A DNA stretch of 64,000 bases from an uncultured Chthonomonadaceae bacterium (GTDB lineage: Bacteria > Armatimonadota > Chthonomonadetes > Chthonomonadales > Chthonomonadaceae). The notes under the pieces were generated by a model. It worked only from the letters and a program-made list of their open reading frames with translations. It was not told the origin of the DNA and ran no database searches. This document shows positions 11,250-22,239 of the stretch, one piece after another. Location of the stretch: NCBI GenBank assembly GCA_963817895.1, contig CAWFQB010000014.1, positions 64,001 to 128,000 on the forward strand, written 5' to 3'. How positions within the stretch are numbered: the first letter of the stretch is position 1; the number at the start of each line of letters is the position of its first letter. Position numbers and translations under genes: made by a program.

Positions 11250-12026
11250 TTACGCGGCCTTTGCCTTAACACAAGTCGTTGATTCACTTCGCGCCGCTTT
11301 TTCCTCGCAATCACGATTGATATTCAGCAGTTCCGGCTTGCGGCGCAGCAGGCGCATGATCTCTTCCAGTCCGAACCAGTCGCCATACGCGGGCGCGAGA
11401 TGCTCGTAAATGCGTTGATAAATTGATGATCCTCGCGATAATCCAATTGAAAGCGGTAATCGGGGGCATGCCAGCGTTGGGGCGCAAACAGATTGAAGAT
11501 GCGATATCTTTGCGGATTGTCATAAAAGTGCAGCGAAACGTGTTCGCGAACGGCGGGATCGGAAATGGTTCGCTCTACTTCGGCCAGATCGCTTAACCGA
11601 TAAACCTGAATATCTTCGCCCATTGGATACGTGACGGGAAACACGTTGCAGACAACATCGCAGTCGTTGTGCAGAAACGTTTTCACGCCCATATCAATGA
11701 GTTCCGGGTCGAGCAGGATGCAATCGCCCGTGACTTCCACAACTATGTCCGAATTCCATATAGGTTTGCGCCTGCACCACGCGCTGTAGAACATCCTCTT
11801 CGCTGCCGCGATACAGGCTGACATTTTCGCGTTCCGCCCACGCGACAAGAGCGTCATCGGCGGGCGAAACCGTCGTGGCGAGAACAATGTCGTCCAAATG
11901 GCGACAGTGGCGCAAACGGCGCAGCAATCGTGTCAGGGCAGGCTGTCCGCCTACATCGGCAAGGGATTTGCCGGGAAACCGCGACGACCCCATGCGGGCT
12001 TCAATACTGGCGACAACTCGTGGCAT
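11250..12026 (-). CDS. SpsF-like cytidylyltransferase (frameshifted)
   Basis: IEARMGSSRFPGKSL, GSEEDVLQR, VTGDC, YPMG, REHVS, RFQLDYRED. Confidence 0.8.
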
Positions 12027-12041
12027 GGTAACTCCAGAATG

Positions 12042-12111
12042 TGAGAGTGGAGAGTGAGAGTGAGAGTGAATACGCATTTCTCTCACTCTCACTCTCCACT
12101 CTCCACTCTCA
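12042..12111. repeat. Palindromic element of GAGAGT(G) units
   Basis: GAGAGTGGAGAGTGAGAGTGAGAG followed by CTCTCACTCTCACTCTCCACTCTCCACTCTC at a gene junction. Confidence 0.85.
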
Positions 12112-13354
12112 CTAACCTGTATACTTTCCTGACCGCCGCAATCAGCAAATCAATCTGCATTTCTGAGGGGGCGATCATGCAGTTTTCAAAACCGAGCAGG
12201 GAATGGGAATACAGGTGTTCCGCAACCGGGCATAGTCCGGGCGGGTAGGTGACATTGGAAAACGAAAACGGGTAACTGCCGAACGCGACGCGCTGCTGAA
12301 ACACGGGCAACAGATACAGCGGACGAACATAACCGACAAAGTGTGGAAAACCCTCTGCCGTCAGCGCGTGACTGAAATGTTCGCGAGAAACGCCTACCAG
12401 TTCGGCATCGTATCGGAAGCCGAGCGCGTAAAAGACGTGGCGGCAATCGGGACGAACGGCGGGAACAGTCAGGCCCGGAAGGTCTTTCAATCCTGCTATC
12501 AGGCGGTGACGCCAGATGTTCGCGGGCTGCTACATGCCGATCTATTTTCCCCAGTTGCGCCAGTCCGACTGCCGCGCTGAGTTCGGTCATGCGGTAATTG
12601 AAGCCGATCATGTTGGTAATGTCTGACATGCCGGACGGCTCGACAATGTTTTCGCCATGATTGCGGATAAGTTGAAGTTTCAGGGCTAAACCTGCATCAT
12701 TGGTGACGCAAACGCCGCCTTCGCCCGCATGAATATGCTTGTGGTAGTTCAGGCTGAACACGCCGATATGCCCAATTGTGCCAGCCAATCTGCCGTTTTC
12801 ACTTGCAAGCGGGGACTGCGCGTTGTCTTCGATGAGGAATAGGCCGCGCTTATCGGCAAGGGCGCGCAATTCGATTAGTTTTGCCGGATGCCCAAACAGG
12901 TTGACTGCGATGATGGCGCGGGTTCGGGGCGTAATGGCGGCTTCTGACGGCGGATACATCCATGCAGAAAGTTTCGGGTTCTACGTCCGCGAAAACGGGG
13001 ATGCCGCCATAAATCAGGGGCGCGAGCGCGGTTGCCGACATGGTGTAGGGCGGCACAATCACCTCGTCGCCCGGCTGGATGCCGATTGCGCCCATCGCCG
13101 CATACAGGCCGGAAGTGGCGGAGTTGACGGAAACGGCATGAGCAACGCCAAACCGCTCGGCCCACGCTGCCTTCAAACCGCCGCACCATCGGCCCGCCGC
13201 CGAACTGCTCCCCCCAACTGCCATAAAACCCGGACAGGCAGCCGGAACGCACCACATCCGCAACCGCCTCAACTTCCTCCTCACCAAGCGTATTGTAAAC
13301 GGGCAGGGGACAGGGCAAAACGGGAACTCCGCCGAATAAGGCTAACTTTTCCAA
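12089..13354 (-). CDS. DegT/DnrJ/EryC1/StrS sugar aminotransferase (frameshifted)
   Basis: LALFGG, VNSATSGL, GDEVIVP, IEDNAQ, FSLNYHKHIHAGEGG, GFNYRMTE. Confidence 0.88.
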
Positions 13355-13373
13355 GCGCGACTCCAGAGGGTAA

Positions 13374-13558
13374 ACCGCGTAACACGCGAAACAAACGAAA
13401 AAAGACAAAGAAATAGACAGGATTAACAGGATTTTCAGGATTAAACAGGACTACATACAAGGAAGAACGTACCCTCTGCTGCTCTGTTTCTTTGTCCTTC
13501 GTGTTCTCCGTGGTTTTTGTTTTGGTCTTTTTTCGTGTACTTCGCGTGTTTCGCGGTT
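13374..13558. repeat. Composite palindromic element (AACCGCG/ACACGCGAA arms enclosing ACAGGATT units)
   Basis: Outer arms AACCGCGTAACACGCGAA / TTCGCGTGTTTCGCGGTT. The internal 29-mer at 13414-13442 is identical to 50711-50739. Confidence 0.8.
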
Positions 13559-13565
13559 CATTATT

Positions 13566-14345
13566 TCAGGCTCTCACGTTCAGGCCAGCGGTGTGCAGGA
13601 ACGAGCGGGCTTTGATGGGGCTTTGATCGGTGAAGTGGAACAGGCTGCCGACGGCGATGGCGGACGCATGTCCTATGGTCACGGCGTCGGCAAGGTGTTG
13701 CAGGGTTCCCGCGCCGCCAGACGCGATAATGGGAATCGGGTAACGCGCAGCCGCTTCGCGCAGCAGATCAAGATCGTAGCCCTGCATCGTGCCGTCACGG
13801 TCTATGGACGTGAGCAGGATTTCGCCCGCGCCTTCCGCAACCACCCGATCCAAATGCGTCCAAACATCCATGCCAGTCGGCTGTGTTCCGCCGCGTATCC
13901 AGACTTCATGAGGGTGACGAGTCGGTGGCTTTTACATCAACGGACACAACCACGCATTGCTTGCCATACTGTTCGGCAATGGCGGGCAGAAACGTTCGGG
14001 ATTCAAAAGCAAGCGTGTTGACGGCGATTTTGTCCGCGCCGGCGCGCAGCAGGCAGGCAACATCTTGAATGTCACGGATGCCGCCGCCCACCGTAAGCGG
14101 CATGAAACACTCTTCCGCCGTTCGCGCAATAATGTCCAGCAGCAGTCCGCGCCCCGTTTCGCCATTCACGGCGCCGTTGCGCAGCCGTCAATATCCAGAA
14201 ACAGCAGTTCATCCACCGTCTGCGCGTTGTAGATGCGGGCGTTGGAAACAGGCGCGCCCACGTCGCGCAGGCATTCGAACCGCGTCCCCTTTACGGTACG
14301 CCCCCGTTTCAGCAGCAATTTTGGAATAATGCGCGTTTTTAACAC
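13566..14345 (-). CDS. HisF-like cyclase subunit (WbuZ/HisF2 type, glycan amidation), frameshifted
   Basis: [56 protein letters not shown]. Confidence 0.85.
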
Positions 14346-14358
14346 AGGAATATCCGTT

Positions 14359-14979
14359 TCAGGGTTTCCATTGCATAAAGTTGTCGAGAATACGCAGGCC
14401 GTTTTCCTGACTTTTCTCAGGATGGAATTGCACGGCAAACAGGTTGTCTTTGCGAATGGCGGCTACGAAGTCAGTTCCATAGTCGCAAGTCGCGATTACA
14501 TCATGGGCATCGTTACAAACAAGGGCGTAGGAATGGACGAAGTACACGCTATGGTCTTTGCGGTTTAATCCGGCGAAAAGGGGTTCCCGCGCGTCGTAGC
14601 GGAGTTCATTCCAGCCGACATGCGGCAGTTTGCAGTTGGCAGATTGCGGTTCCAGCAGGCGACAGGTGGCGTTGAGCAGTCCCAATCCGGGCCAGTTGCC
14701 GTTTTCCAGTCCCGTTGTCGCCAGAACCTGCATCCCCACACAGATACCCATAATCGGCTTGCCGAACTTTGCCTCTGTGAGAAGAGCCGTTTCTAATCCT
14801 GTCTGTTTCAAGTTACGCATGGCGGTTGCGAACGCGCCCTGACCAGGCAGAATGATGCGTTCGGCGGCCTGAAAATCCTCCGGGTTCGATGTAACCTGCG
14901 CGTCGTATCCCAGATGATCCAAAGCCCGCAGCACGGAACACAGATTGCTCACGCCATAATCTACAATCGCGACTTGCAT
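14359..14979 (-). CDS. HisH-like glutamine amidotransferase subunit (WbuY type)
   Basis: IVDYG, ILPGQG, GICVGMQ, PHVGWN, YFVHSY and QFHPEKS (catalytic triad). Confidence 0.92.
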   Translation of the reverse strand: MQVAIVDYGVSNLCSVLRALDHLGYDAQVTSNPEDFQAAERIILPGQGAFATAMRNLKQTGLETALLTEAKFGKPIMGICVGMQVLATTGLENGNWPGLGLLNATCRLLEPQSANCKLPHVGWNELRYDAREPLFAGLNRKDHSVYFVHSYALVCNDAHDVIATCDYGTDFVAAIRKDNLFAVQFHPEKSQENGLRILDNFMQWKP

Positions 14980-14988
14980 AGAGATCTC

Positions 14989-16129
14989 CTAAAAAGACGC
15001 GCAGTTGGGGTTTGTACTCCCAGGGCGAGACTTGATGGCTTTTGGCGACGGCAAGGAATTCCGCTTCGCTCATGCCGAGTATTTCCAGAAACCAATCCAG
15101 ACTGTCGGGACGCTGACCATCAAATTCCACCATCCAGCGCTCACCCGTTTCGCGGTCTAAAACGCCATTGCGAATGTCAATACTGGCGAGATGGGCCGTG
15201 CGTCCGTACCCGCGCTTGATGTATTTGATGTAGTCACGGACGCCCTGCAAGCCGCACTCGATCTTTTCGTACCCGTATTGCGGCGGGACGCCCTCAACAG
15301 CGTCTTCCTGCCAGCCGAGTTCCTGCTTGATAATCGCTACCTGATGCTTTACGTTCCACGGAATGTAAGAGCCTAAGCACACCGAGCGGTAATTGATGGC
15401 CCGCAGGTCGCGCAATTTCGGGTAGCGGAAGGGTTCCAGGTCGCGCGGGTCGAGATCGGACATGTCAATCATACCGCTCATGTCATCGGCGGAAATGCCC
15501 AGATTGACAAAACGGTTGAAGCGTTTTTCATCTACCTCTTCTACCTCATCGTAGGAGAAGTAGGCGGTATATTCCGCGCTCGGCTCACCCCATAAAACGA
15601 GGGGGACCTGAAACTTCGCGGCGATCTGCATGGGATACGCGAAAATACCCGAATGACAGTGCCAGCAGAAGTCGCCCTTGCGCAGAAAACTTTCCAGCAT
15701 CACGCGGCGAACCAGTTTCCAGTTGGGGCGGAACTTGAGGAAATCGCAGCCCATTGCCTGTAGCGCGCGTTCGTTGTTCGCCAGTACGCCCGGACGCAAA
15801 AATCCGTGATCGAAACTCACCACAAGGGGCTTGATTTTATAGGTATGCATCAGATACCAGAGGGTATACGCGCTGTCTTTACCGCCGCTGAACGGAACGA
15901 TGCAGTCGTAAGCGTATTTACCCCGATGCTCCTCAATCAGCGCGTCTAAGTTACGTTTCTTCTGCTCCCAATCTATGGCGTGTTTTACTTCATGCTGACG
16001 GCAGACATTGCACACGCCTTCGGCATCAAAAATAATCGTTTCGTGCGTTTCAGGAATCAGACAGCGGGAACAGCGTTTTAGTTGATGGTTGATAGTTGAT
16101 AATTGATAGGCGGAAGCGGCAGATGGCAT
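14989..16129 (-). CDS. N-acetyl sugar amidotransferase (WbpG/WbuX/PseA family); 3' end approximate
   Basis: CSRC...CNVC zinc motif, PP-loop SGGKDS, FCWHCH, KRGYGR. The ORF reads into hisH, probably because of an indel before the TAG at 14989-14991. Confidence 0.88.
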
Positions 16130-16203
16130 AGTTAAAATTCCTCTTGTTACAATTGCAGGGGAAGCAGCGAAGTCACTGGTGATGGGCTATCAACTATCAT
16201 CTA

Positions 16204-16866
16204 TCAACTATCAACTCCCCGAAATTCCTCTCGAAACAATCCCATGATGAGGCTGTCCTGAAACGCGCCTTCGCTCCAGTATTCCTGACGCTTGCGGCCT
16301 TCGATGACAAAGCCCAGTCGCTCGTACAACCGGATGGCGCGAAGGTTGTTTGCCAGAACGCCGAGCGATACTTTCCGTAGTCCGAGGCGCTCAAAGGCGT
16401 AGCTCAGGCATAGCCGCATTGCTTCCTCACCTAATCCCTGCCCCTGAAAGCCGGTGTCGCCAATAAGGATGCCAATGGTCGCGGTTCGGTGCAGCCAGTG
16501 GATGGGTTCCAGTTTGATATTGCCGATGTGTTCGCTGCTTTCCAGATGCTGCATGGCGAAGAAAACACAGGTGGGAAAGGCAGAGGGCATTGCTGTCAGA
16601 TGGGTATAATAGCGGCGCAGGTCATCCAGCGTTTGCGGGAAGGCTCCGGTTTCCAGATGGCGCGTCACATTCGGATTGTTCAGCCAGCCCAGATAACGGG
16701 AATTTATGTCCTGCTTGTCCAGCGGGCGTAGCGCTATTCGCCTGCCACGCAAAAACAGGGTGGCAGCCTCCGAACCGGAAGCCAGCGTTGCAAACGAGGA
16801 TTCTGAACACGTGAATTCAAGCGACATGGGGCGGGCATCTTCCTGCGCAATCCAAACACAATCCAA
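16204..16866 (-). CDS. GNAT (RimJ/RimL-type) N-acetyltransferase
   Basis: YLGWLNNP, HIGNIKL, QGQGLG, NLRAIRLYERLGF. Confidence 0.85.
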   Translation of the reverse strand: MDCVWIAQEDARPMSLEFTCSESSFATLASGSEAATLFLRGRRIALRPLDKQDINSRYLGWLNNPNVTRHLETGAFPQTLDDLRRYYTHLTAMPSAFPTCVFFAMQHLESSEHIGNIKLEPIHWLHRTATIGILIGDTGFQGQGLGEEAMRLCLSYAFERLGLRKVSLGVLANNLRAIRLYERLGFVIEGRKRQEYWSEGAFQDSLIMGLFREEFRGVDS

Positions 16867-17012
16867 AATGAAAGGGCGAACCCTCTACAGGTATTGTTGG
16901 CAGCGCAGGGGGAGAATTGCAGGGGAAGAAAAGGAGAAAAGGAGAAAAGGAGAAGACAGAGTCGAAATTACCTCTCCTTTTCTCCCCTTCTCCTTTTCTC
17001 CTTTTCTTCCCT

Positions 17013-18458
17013 CTAACGTCTTCGTCGGGTGGAGGAGAGGATTTTGGCTTCGGCGCGATATTTGACGACGGTGCGGCGGGCAACAGAGATGCCGCGCTCC
17101 TGAAGAATGTCTACAATCTGCTGGTCGGAAAGCGGCGAAGCGGGGTCTTCTTCCAGAATAAGAGTCTCAATCGCCTCTTTGACGGAAAGGGACGAGTTGA
17201 AGAAAATATCGAACCCGGCTACTTCCTGATTGGGCAACTGAACGTACTTGTTGGCAGTGGCGCGGCTCACGGTAGAACTCATGAACGCCTAACAGGTTGG
17301 CGATGCGGGTGCGCGTCAGGGGACGCAGAAATTTGACCGAGCCGGTTTCCAGAAATCCCGTCTGGCACTCGACAATGCAGCGCGTGATGAAGCGCAGAGT
17401 CTGGCGACGCTGATGCAGATTCTGTATGAACCGTTCGGCGCGTTCCACCCACTCTATGAAATGCTTTTTGTCTTCCGGCGTTTGCTGGCCGTCACCATTT
17501 TGAATTTGCGAATAGGCCTCGCGATAGTGTGGATTGATACTGATAGCGTAGGGTTCGAGTTGCGGCACATCTATTTCATACCCGAACTCGGTACGCCGGA
17601 TAATCACATCGGCGCGAACGGACGATTTGGAGTGGCTCGGACGGTGAACCCCAGGGCGGGCGAAACTGGCTGGCCGGAAAGGGATTGAGACGTTCTCGAA
17701 TGTAGGCGATGCCAGTCTGTATCTCCTCTATCGGCAGCTTCAGGACGCGCGCGATTTTGGCGTAGCGATTATTGCAAACGTTTTCAAACTGCTCCTTCAG
17801 CAGGCGAGTCGCGATTTCATTGGCATGGCGCTGCGTCGGGTTCGACTTCGTCGCGGAGGAACGCCAGTTGAATCAGCAGACACTCCTGAAGATCGCGCGC
17901 ACCCACGCCGGGCGGATCGAACGATTGAATAATGGTGAGCAGGCGGCAGATTTCACTTTCGGGAACGTTCGCGTCACAGGCAATTTGCCCCGTATTTTCG
18001 CGCAGCCAACCACGCTCATCCAGACAATTAATCAGATACTCGCCTAACCGATAGTCTTCGGGCGAAACAGCGGCGCGGAGCAGGCTGCTCAAATGTTCCG
18101 CAAGAGTAATTTCGGCTTCCAGATTGCCGACAAGATCGAACTCATTTTCGCCTTCACCCGTTTCAAAACCGGCAATGGCTTCATACTCGCTCTGGTGGTC
18201 GCCCGAATCGAGGCCGTCGCGCTCCTCATGGCGGCGGGCGTTCTCACGGGCCATGCACACGGGACACTGCGCAGGGCTGATGCAGTTGCCGTCGCAGCCA
18301 TTGTCTTCCAGCGAGACAAGAGCGGGATTCTCCAGCAATTCGGCCTCGATAGATTGTTCCAATTCCATGCTGCTGAACTGCAGAATGGTATTGGCAACAA
18401 TCAGCCTGGGGTCAATGCGCTGCGTTATAATCGGGCGCTGATCTTGCTGAAGAAGCAC
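17013..18458 (-). CDS. rpoN: RNA polymerase sigma-54 factor (frameshifted)
   Basis: ELLENP, FDPPGVGARDLQECLLIQL, RRQTL, LRPLT, PLSDQ and RpoN box ARRTVVKYR. Confidence 0.92.
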
Positions 18459-19104
18459 TGTGTCACCCTTTTCAAACCATCCAACCGGTTACGGCATTGG
18501 CGCGTACAATAGACAGCGCAATAAACATAAATGGGCAAAATACACATCTACCTGTGACAAACGGTTAAGGAAGATGCGCGCCTGCCGGAGTTACCGGCTC
18601 ATTGTCGGCGGCTTCATAGCCGGGGTTCAGAGTAGGCGCCAAGTAGAAAGCAGTTATGGGAAAAATGACAGTGGGTGACTGCATAATTAGTATATCACTT
18701 TTTGTATAGAAAAGGGATAAAGGAAAGATTAAATAGCAGACGGTAAACATAAAGGTTCACTTGCGAAAATGGCGCAACGTGCTTGTGGGGACACAACAGG
18801 CGGGGAAACACGCAAAATCTCCACGTATTAGACGACTTTGTAAATAGGTTTGTTCAGGCGACTTATACCGGTTTTTAATTCCATTGCTGTGTTGTCGAGG
18901 CATTGCTTTCAAACATGCTATATGGAAGCTGCCGCAGGTTTCAAGTTTGCCTTCTACCTGGAACCCTGCAATGCGCGAGAATTTCAGGTATAATTTGTGT
19001 AATGTTCCTTTCCCGTTCCGGTAATACAGGTGAAGATGCGTCGCCGTCAAAACAGAGTTGACGGCGCATTTGTAACGCCATAAAAACCATCACGGACAAC
19101 GGCT

Positions 19105-20928
19105 GTGTTCAACAACTATCAGGAAAGCGAACTGTTGGTAACAAATAGCCGAAACTCCCACAGGAGGCGGGCGTCTAAAACACCGACAGCAAGATTTTAT
19201 CGTTTGCAGGAGAATGTAGATTTGTTAAAGCTCAGGCGTACCTTTCTTGGCTCGCTTCTCGTGGAAGAGGGCCTTATTTCGGCGCAGCAACTGGATGTGG
19301 CGCTGACCGAACAGCGGCGCTCCGATAACAACAAGCGCGTCGGCGAAATTCTTGTTGGACTGCGTTTTATCTCGGAGCCGGATTTACTGCGCATCCTGTC
19401 GCGGCAACTCGACTGTCCGATTATTGATCTGGGCAAAGAGCCGCCGGACCCCTCCGCGCTGGAAATCGTTCCCGGTGAGTTCGCCCGCCTGCATCATTTG
19501 ATTCCCATTCGCCGCAACGATGATACGCTGGTCGTGGCAATGGCCGATCCCCTGGATATTCGCACACTGGATGATTTGCACCTGCTGACGGGTCTGGACA
19601 TCGCGCCCATGCTGGCGTCGAGCGCCGATATTCAGCGGGTTGGCGAACAGTTTTATATGTCCAAGATGATCGCGGGCGTTCAGGACGCCGAGCGGACTGT
19701 CGAAGACGAAGACAGCATGGACGTGGCCGACCTTCAGAAGATGGCGAAGGAAGAACTCGTCATTCAGATGGTCAACCTGATTATCAATCAGGCGATTCAA
19801 GACCGCGCCAGTGACATTCATATCGAGCCGTTTGATAAGGAACTGCGCGTCCGCTATCGCGTGGACGGCGTGTTGCGCGAAGTGAGTTCGCCGCCCAAGC
19901 GGTTCCATGCTGCTGTGGTTAGCCGCATTAAAATTTTGGCCGATATGAATATTGCCGAACGCCGCCTGCCGCTTGACGGACGTATCCGTATCAAAAGCGC
20001 GGGGCGTCAGATTGACCTGCGCGTCTCCACCCTGCCGACGATGTACGGCGAAGGCGTGGTTATGCGTATTCTGGACAAGCAGACCGCTATGCTCGGCCTG
20101 ACCGAACTGGGCATGGAACGGGGCATGTTCGGCATCTTCAAGCGTCTGATTCAGGAACCGCACGGCATTATTCTGGTTACGGGGCCGACGGGGTCCGGTA
20201 AGACAACCACGCTGTACGCCAGCCTGAGCGAAATTTATAGCGTTGAAAAGAAGATTATTACGGTCGAAGACCCCGTCGAGTACCAGTTGAACGGCATCAA
20301 TCAGGTACTTGCGCAGCCGCATATCGGCCTGACATTCGCCAATACCCTGCGTTCCATTGTGCGCCAGGACCCCGACATCATTATGATCGGTGAAATCCGC
20401 GACAAAGAAACGGTAGACATCGCGATTCAGGCCGCGCTGACAGGCCACCTTGTATTCTCCACGCTGCACACCAACGACGCGGCGGGCGCGGTCAGCCGTT
20501 TGCTGGATATGGGCGCGGAACCGTTTCTGGTTGCCAGTTCCCTGATCGGCACAATTGCGCAGCGCCTCGTCCGTATGAATTGCACGCGCTGTCGTCAGCC
20601 TTATGAAGAAAAGCCGGAAGTGCTGGCAGAAATCCATATTGACCCGGCCATGCTGAAACGCGAACCGCTGATGCGGGGCGTAGGCTGCCCGGAGTGTCGG
20701 GGAACGGGATTTAAGGGACGCAGCGGCATTTACGAGATGATCGCGGTAGACGAAAGCATCCGCCGCATGATTACCGCCCGCGAACCCGCAACGCACATCA
20801 AGCAATATGCCCAAAAAGAGCAGGGCATGGTTTCCATGCTGATGGACGGGCGCGAAAAAGTGCTGCAAGGCGCGACAACCATTCAAGAAGTGCTGCGCGT
20901 CTGCCAGCGCGAAGATTTCGATGCCTGA
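19105..20928 (+). CDS. gspE: GspE/PilB secretion ATPase with N-terminal MshEN-like domain (true start probably near 19223)
   Basis: LGSLLVEEGLI and RVGEILV repeats, ASDIHIEP, Walker A GPTGSGKTT, RQDPD, TGHLVFSTLHTN, two CxxC motifs. Confidence 0.93.
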   Translation: MFNNYQESELLVTNSRNSHRRRASKTPTARFYRLQENVDLLKLRRTFLGSLLVEEGLISAQQLDVALTEQRRSDNNKRVGEILVGLRFISEPDLLRILSRQLDCPIIDLGKEPPDPSALEIVPGEFARLHHLIPIRRNDDTLVVAMADPLDIRTLDDLHLLTGLDIAPMLASSADIQRVGEQFYMSKMIAGVQDAERTVEDEDSMDVADLQKMAKEELVIQMVNLIINQAIQDRASDIHIEPFDKELRVRYRVDGVLREVSSPPKRFHAAVVSRIKILADMNIAERRLPLDGRIRIKSAGRQIDLRVSTLPTMYGEGVVMRILDKQTAMLGLTELGMERGMFGIFKRLIQEPHGIILVTGPTGSGKTTTLYASLSEIYSVEKKIITVEDPVEYQLNGINQVLAQPHIGLTFANTLRSIVRQDPDIIMIGEIRDKETVDIAIQAALTGHLVFSTLHTNDAAGAVSRLLDMGAEPFLVASSLIGTIAQRLVRMNCTRCRQPYEEKPEVLAEIHIDPAMLKREPLMRGVGCPECRGTGFKGRSGIYEMIAVDESIRRMITAREPATHIKQYAQKEQGMVSMLMDGREKVLQGATTIQEVLRVCQREDFDA

Positions 20929-20936
20929 GTACGGCC

Positions 20937-21578
20937 TTGTACAAAGATGAAAACTGGACAGGCCGTGATTCTTCGCCGGAAACAATTCGGCAAGGTACTG
21001 CGCGTATGGAGGAACATCCTCAGTATGCGCAGACGATTGCCGATATTGAGGCGCGTGGCTACAAAGTTATCTTCGTGGAAGGCGCGGCTTGTGTTGTTGT
21101 GCGCGAAGTGGTGAATCAACAAGGTGAGCCATTGCGTATAGAACGTGAGGTGCAGGTACGTTCCGGCATGGCTTATCTTGATCTGGAACACGAGATCGGG
21201 CATTTGGATCAGATCGAGCATCGGCTTAAAGAGGAGATGCTGCCTACAGAACGTGTTCTCGAATCAGGCAGGCAATCATCGGATCGTCAAAACTTGTATG
21301 AGGATTGGATGAACGACATCTCCGAGTACCATAACCGGCTTGTCGAATACAAGCGGTTGTACGCGCTTGGCGTAGATACGGATGTTCTGGAAGCACATGT
21401 TCAGGGTGTGCGTAACTGGCGTGAGGAATACAAGAAGATAATGCGAGTGGCGCTGCGCGGCTCAAGCAGAGCGGGAAAACGGGTAGTCTGGGCGCACAAG
21501 TTCTTTCCTGATATTGCCGAGTTGGAGATGTTTTATCAAGATGCAGGGGGTGACAAACTTGAGACCGACCCCCGTTGA
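20937..21578 (+). CDS. Hypothetical protein with HExxH motif (putative zincin-like toxin domain)
   Basis: LDLEHEIGHLDQ followed later by a possible third Glu ligand (ISEYHNRL). Inserted between gspE and gspF. Confidence 0.5.
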   Translation: MYKDENWTGRDSSPETIRQGTARMEEHPQYAQTIADIEARGYKVIFVEGAACVVVREVVNQQGEPLRIEREVQVRSGMAYLDLEHEIGHLDQIEHRLKEEMLPTERVLESGRQSSDRQNLYEDWMNDISEYHNRLVEYKRLYALGVDTDVLEAHVQGVRNWREEYKKIMRVALRGSSRAGKRVVWAHKFFPDIAELEMFYQDAGGDKLETDPR

Positions 21579-21635
21579 TTGACCCAATGTGGTTGTGCCG
21601 GAATGAAGTGAGTAGTGGGGTGGAGCAAACTCAGT

Positions 21636-22199
21636 ATGGATTTGGCGACTCAAAAAGAGATTCTGTTACGAGTACGGGAAGAATCGGACGAAATGTTCGG
21701 GACGGAACCGGAGGAACGCGCCCTTTACACAGGCATTTTCCATGTACGTCTGAATGCGACAGTACAAATTACATTTGTTCCCCGCTTCGAGCGCGATGTG
21801 AACAGTTGGCCTCCTGTGTTGCCGCCCGTAAATGGATTAATGTTTCCGGTAACAAATGTGCAGCAAGCGCGTTTGCTAACCGCTGCGCTTGAGGATTATA
21901 CGGTGACGGTGGGAACCGCGCATGAGTGTGAGGAAGCGCCCTTTTTATTGCCCGGTTTTGATGACGTGCCGCAGCATGAAGGCATTCTGTATTTGGTTAC
22001 ACAGAATATTTTTACGCAGTTTCAACGCGAACTTGCCGATGTTGCCGAAACTACGCCGAACGTTTATTCAGGGCGCCTCTTGTCGGAGTTACAGGACAAA
22101 GGCTTTGTGCAATATTTGCTGTCAAAAGTAATCTGCTCACCATACTTCCGAAAGGCGGATGCGTGGGCGTTGCACGAGCGGACTTTGCTCACAAAATAG
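21636..22199 (+). CDS. Hypothetical protein (candidate immunity partner)
   Basis: Open acidic ORF directly downstream of the HExxH gene, with no recognised motif. Confidence 0.5.
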   Translation: MDLATQKEILLRVREESDEMFGTEPEERALYTGIFHVRLNATVQITFVPRFERDVNSWPPVLPPVNGLMFPVTNVQQARLLTAALEDYTVTVGTAHECEEAPFLLPGFDDVPQHEGILYLVTQNIFTQFQRELADVAETTPNVYSGRLLSELQDKGFVQYLLSKVICSPYFRKADAWALHERTLLTK

Positions 22200-22239
22200 C
22201 CTGCCACAATCTTTAGTATTTCGGAAGAGTGAAGAATAC

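Noticed and set aside
13566..14979. Histidine biosynthesis operon
   Set aside because: hisH/hisF-like genes follow an N-acetyl sugar amidotransferase inside a glycan cluster, and no other his genes are present.
14813..14988. Genuine 167-bp overlap of the amidotransferase with hisH
   Set aside because: The extension is probably read-through from an indel. A TAG overlapping the hisH RBS at 14989-14991 is the more plausible stop.
18460..19220. Small ORFs or a sigma-54 promoter in the rpoN-gspE intergenic region
   Set aside because: The ORFs lack motifs and RBSs. The TGGCGC-containing candidates checked do not have GG-N10-GC spacing.
19384..20985. Long antisense ORFs (533 aa here, also 54145-55212 and 59491-60432)
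   Set aside because: They are shadows of well-supported genes on the opposite strand in GC-rich DNA and carry no recognisable motifs.
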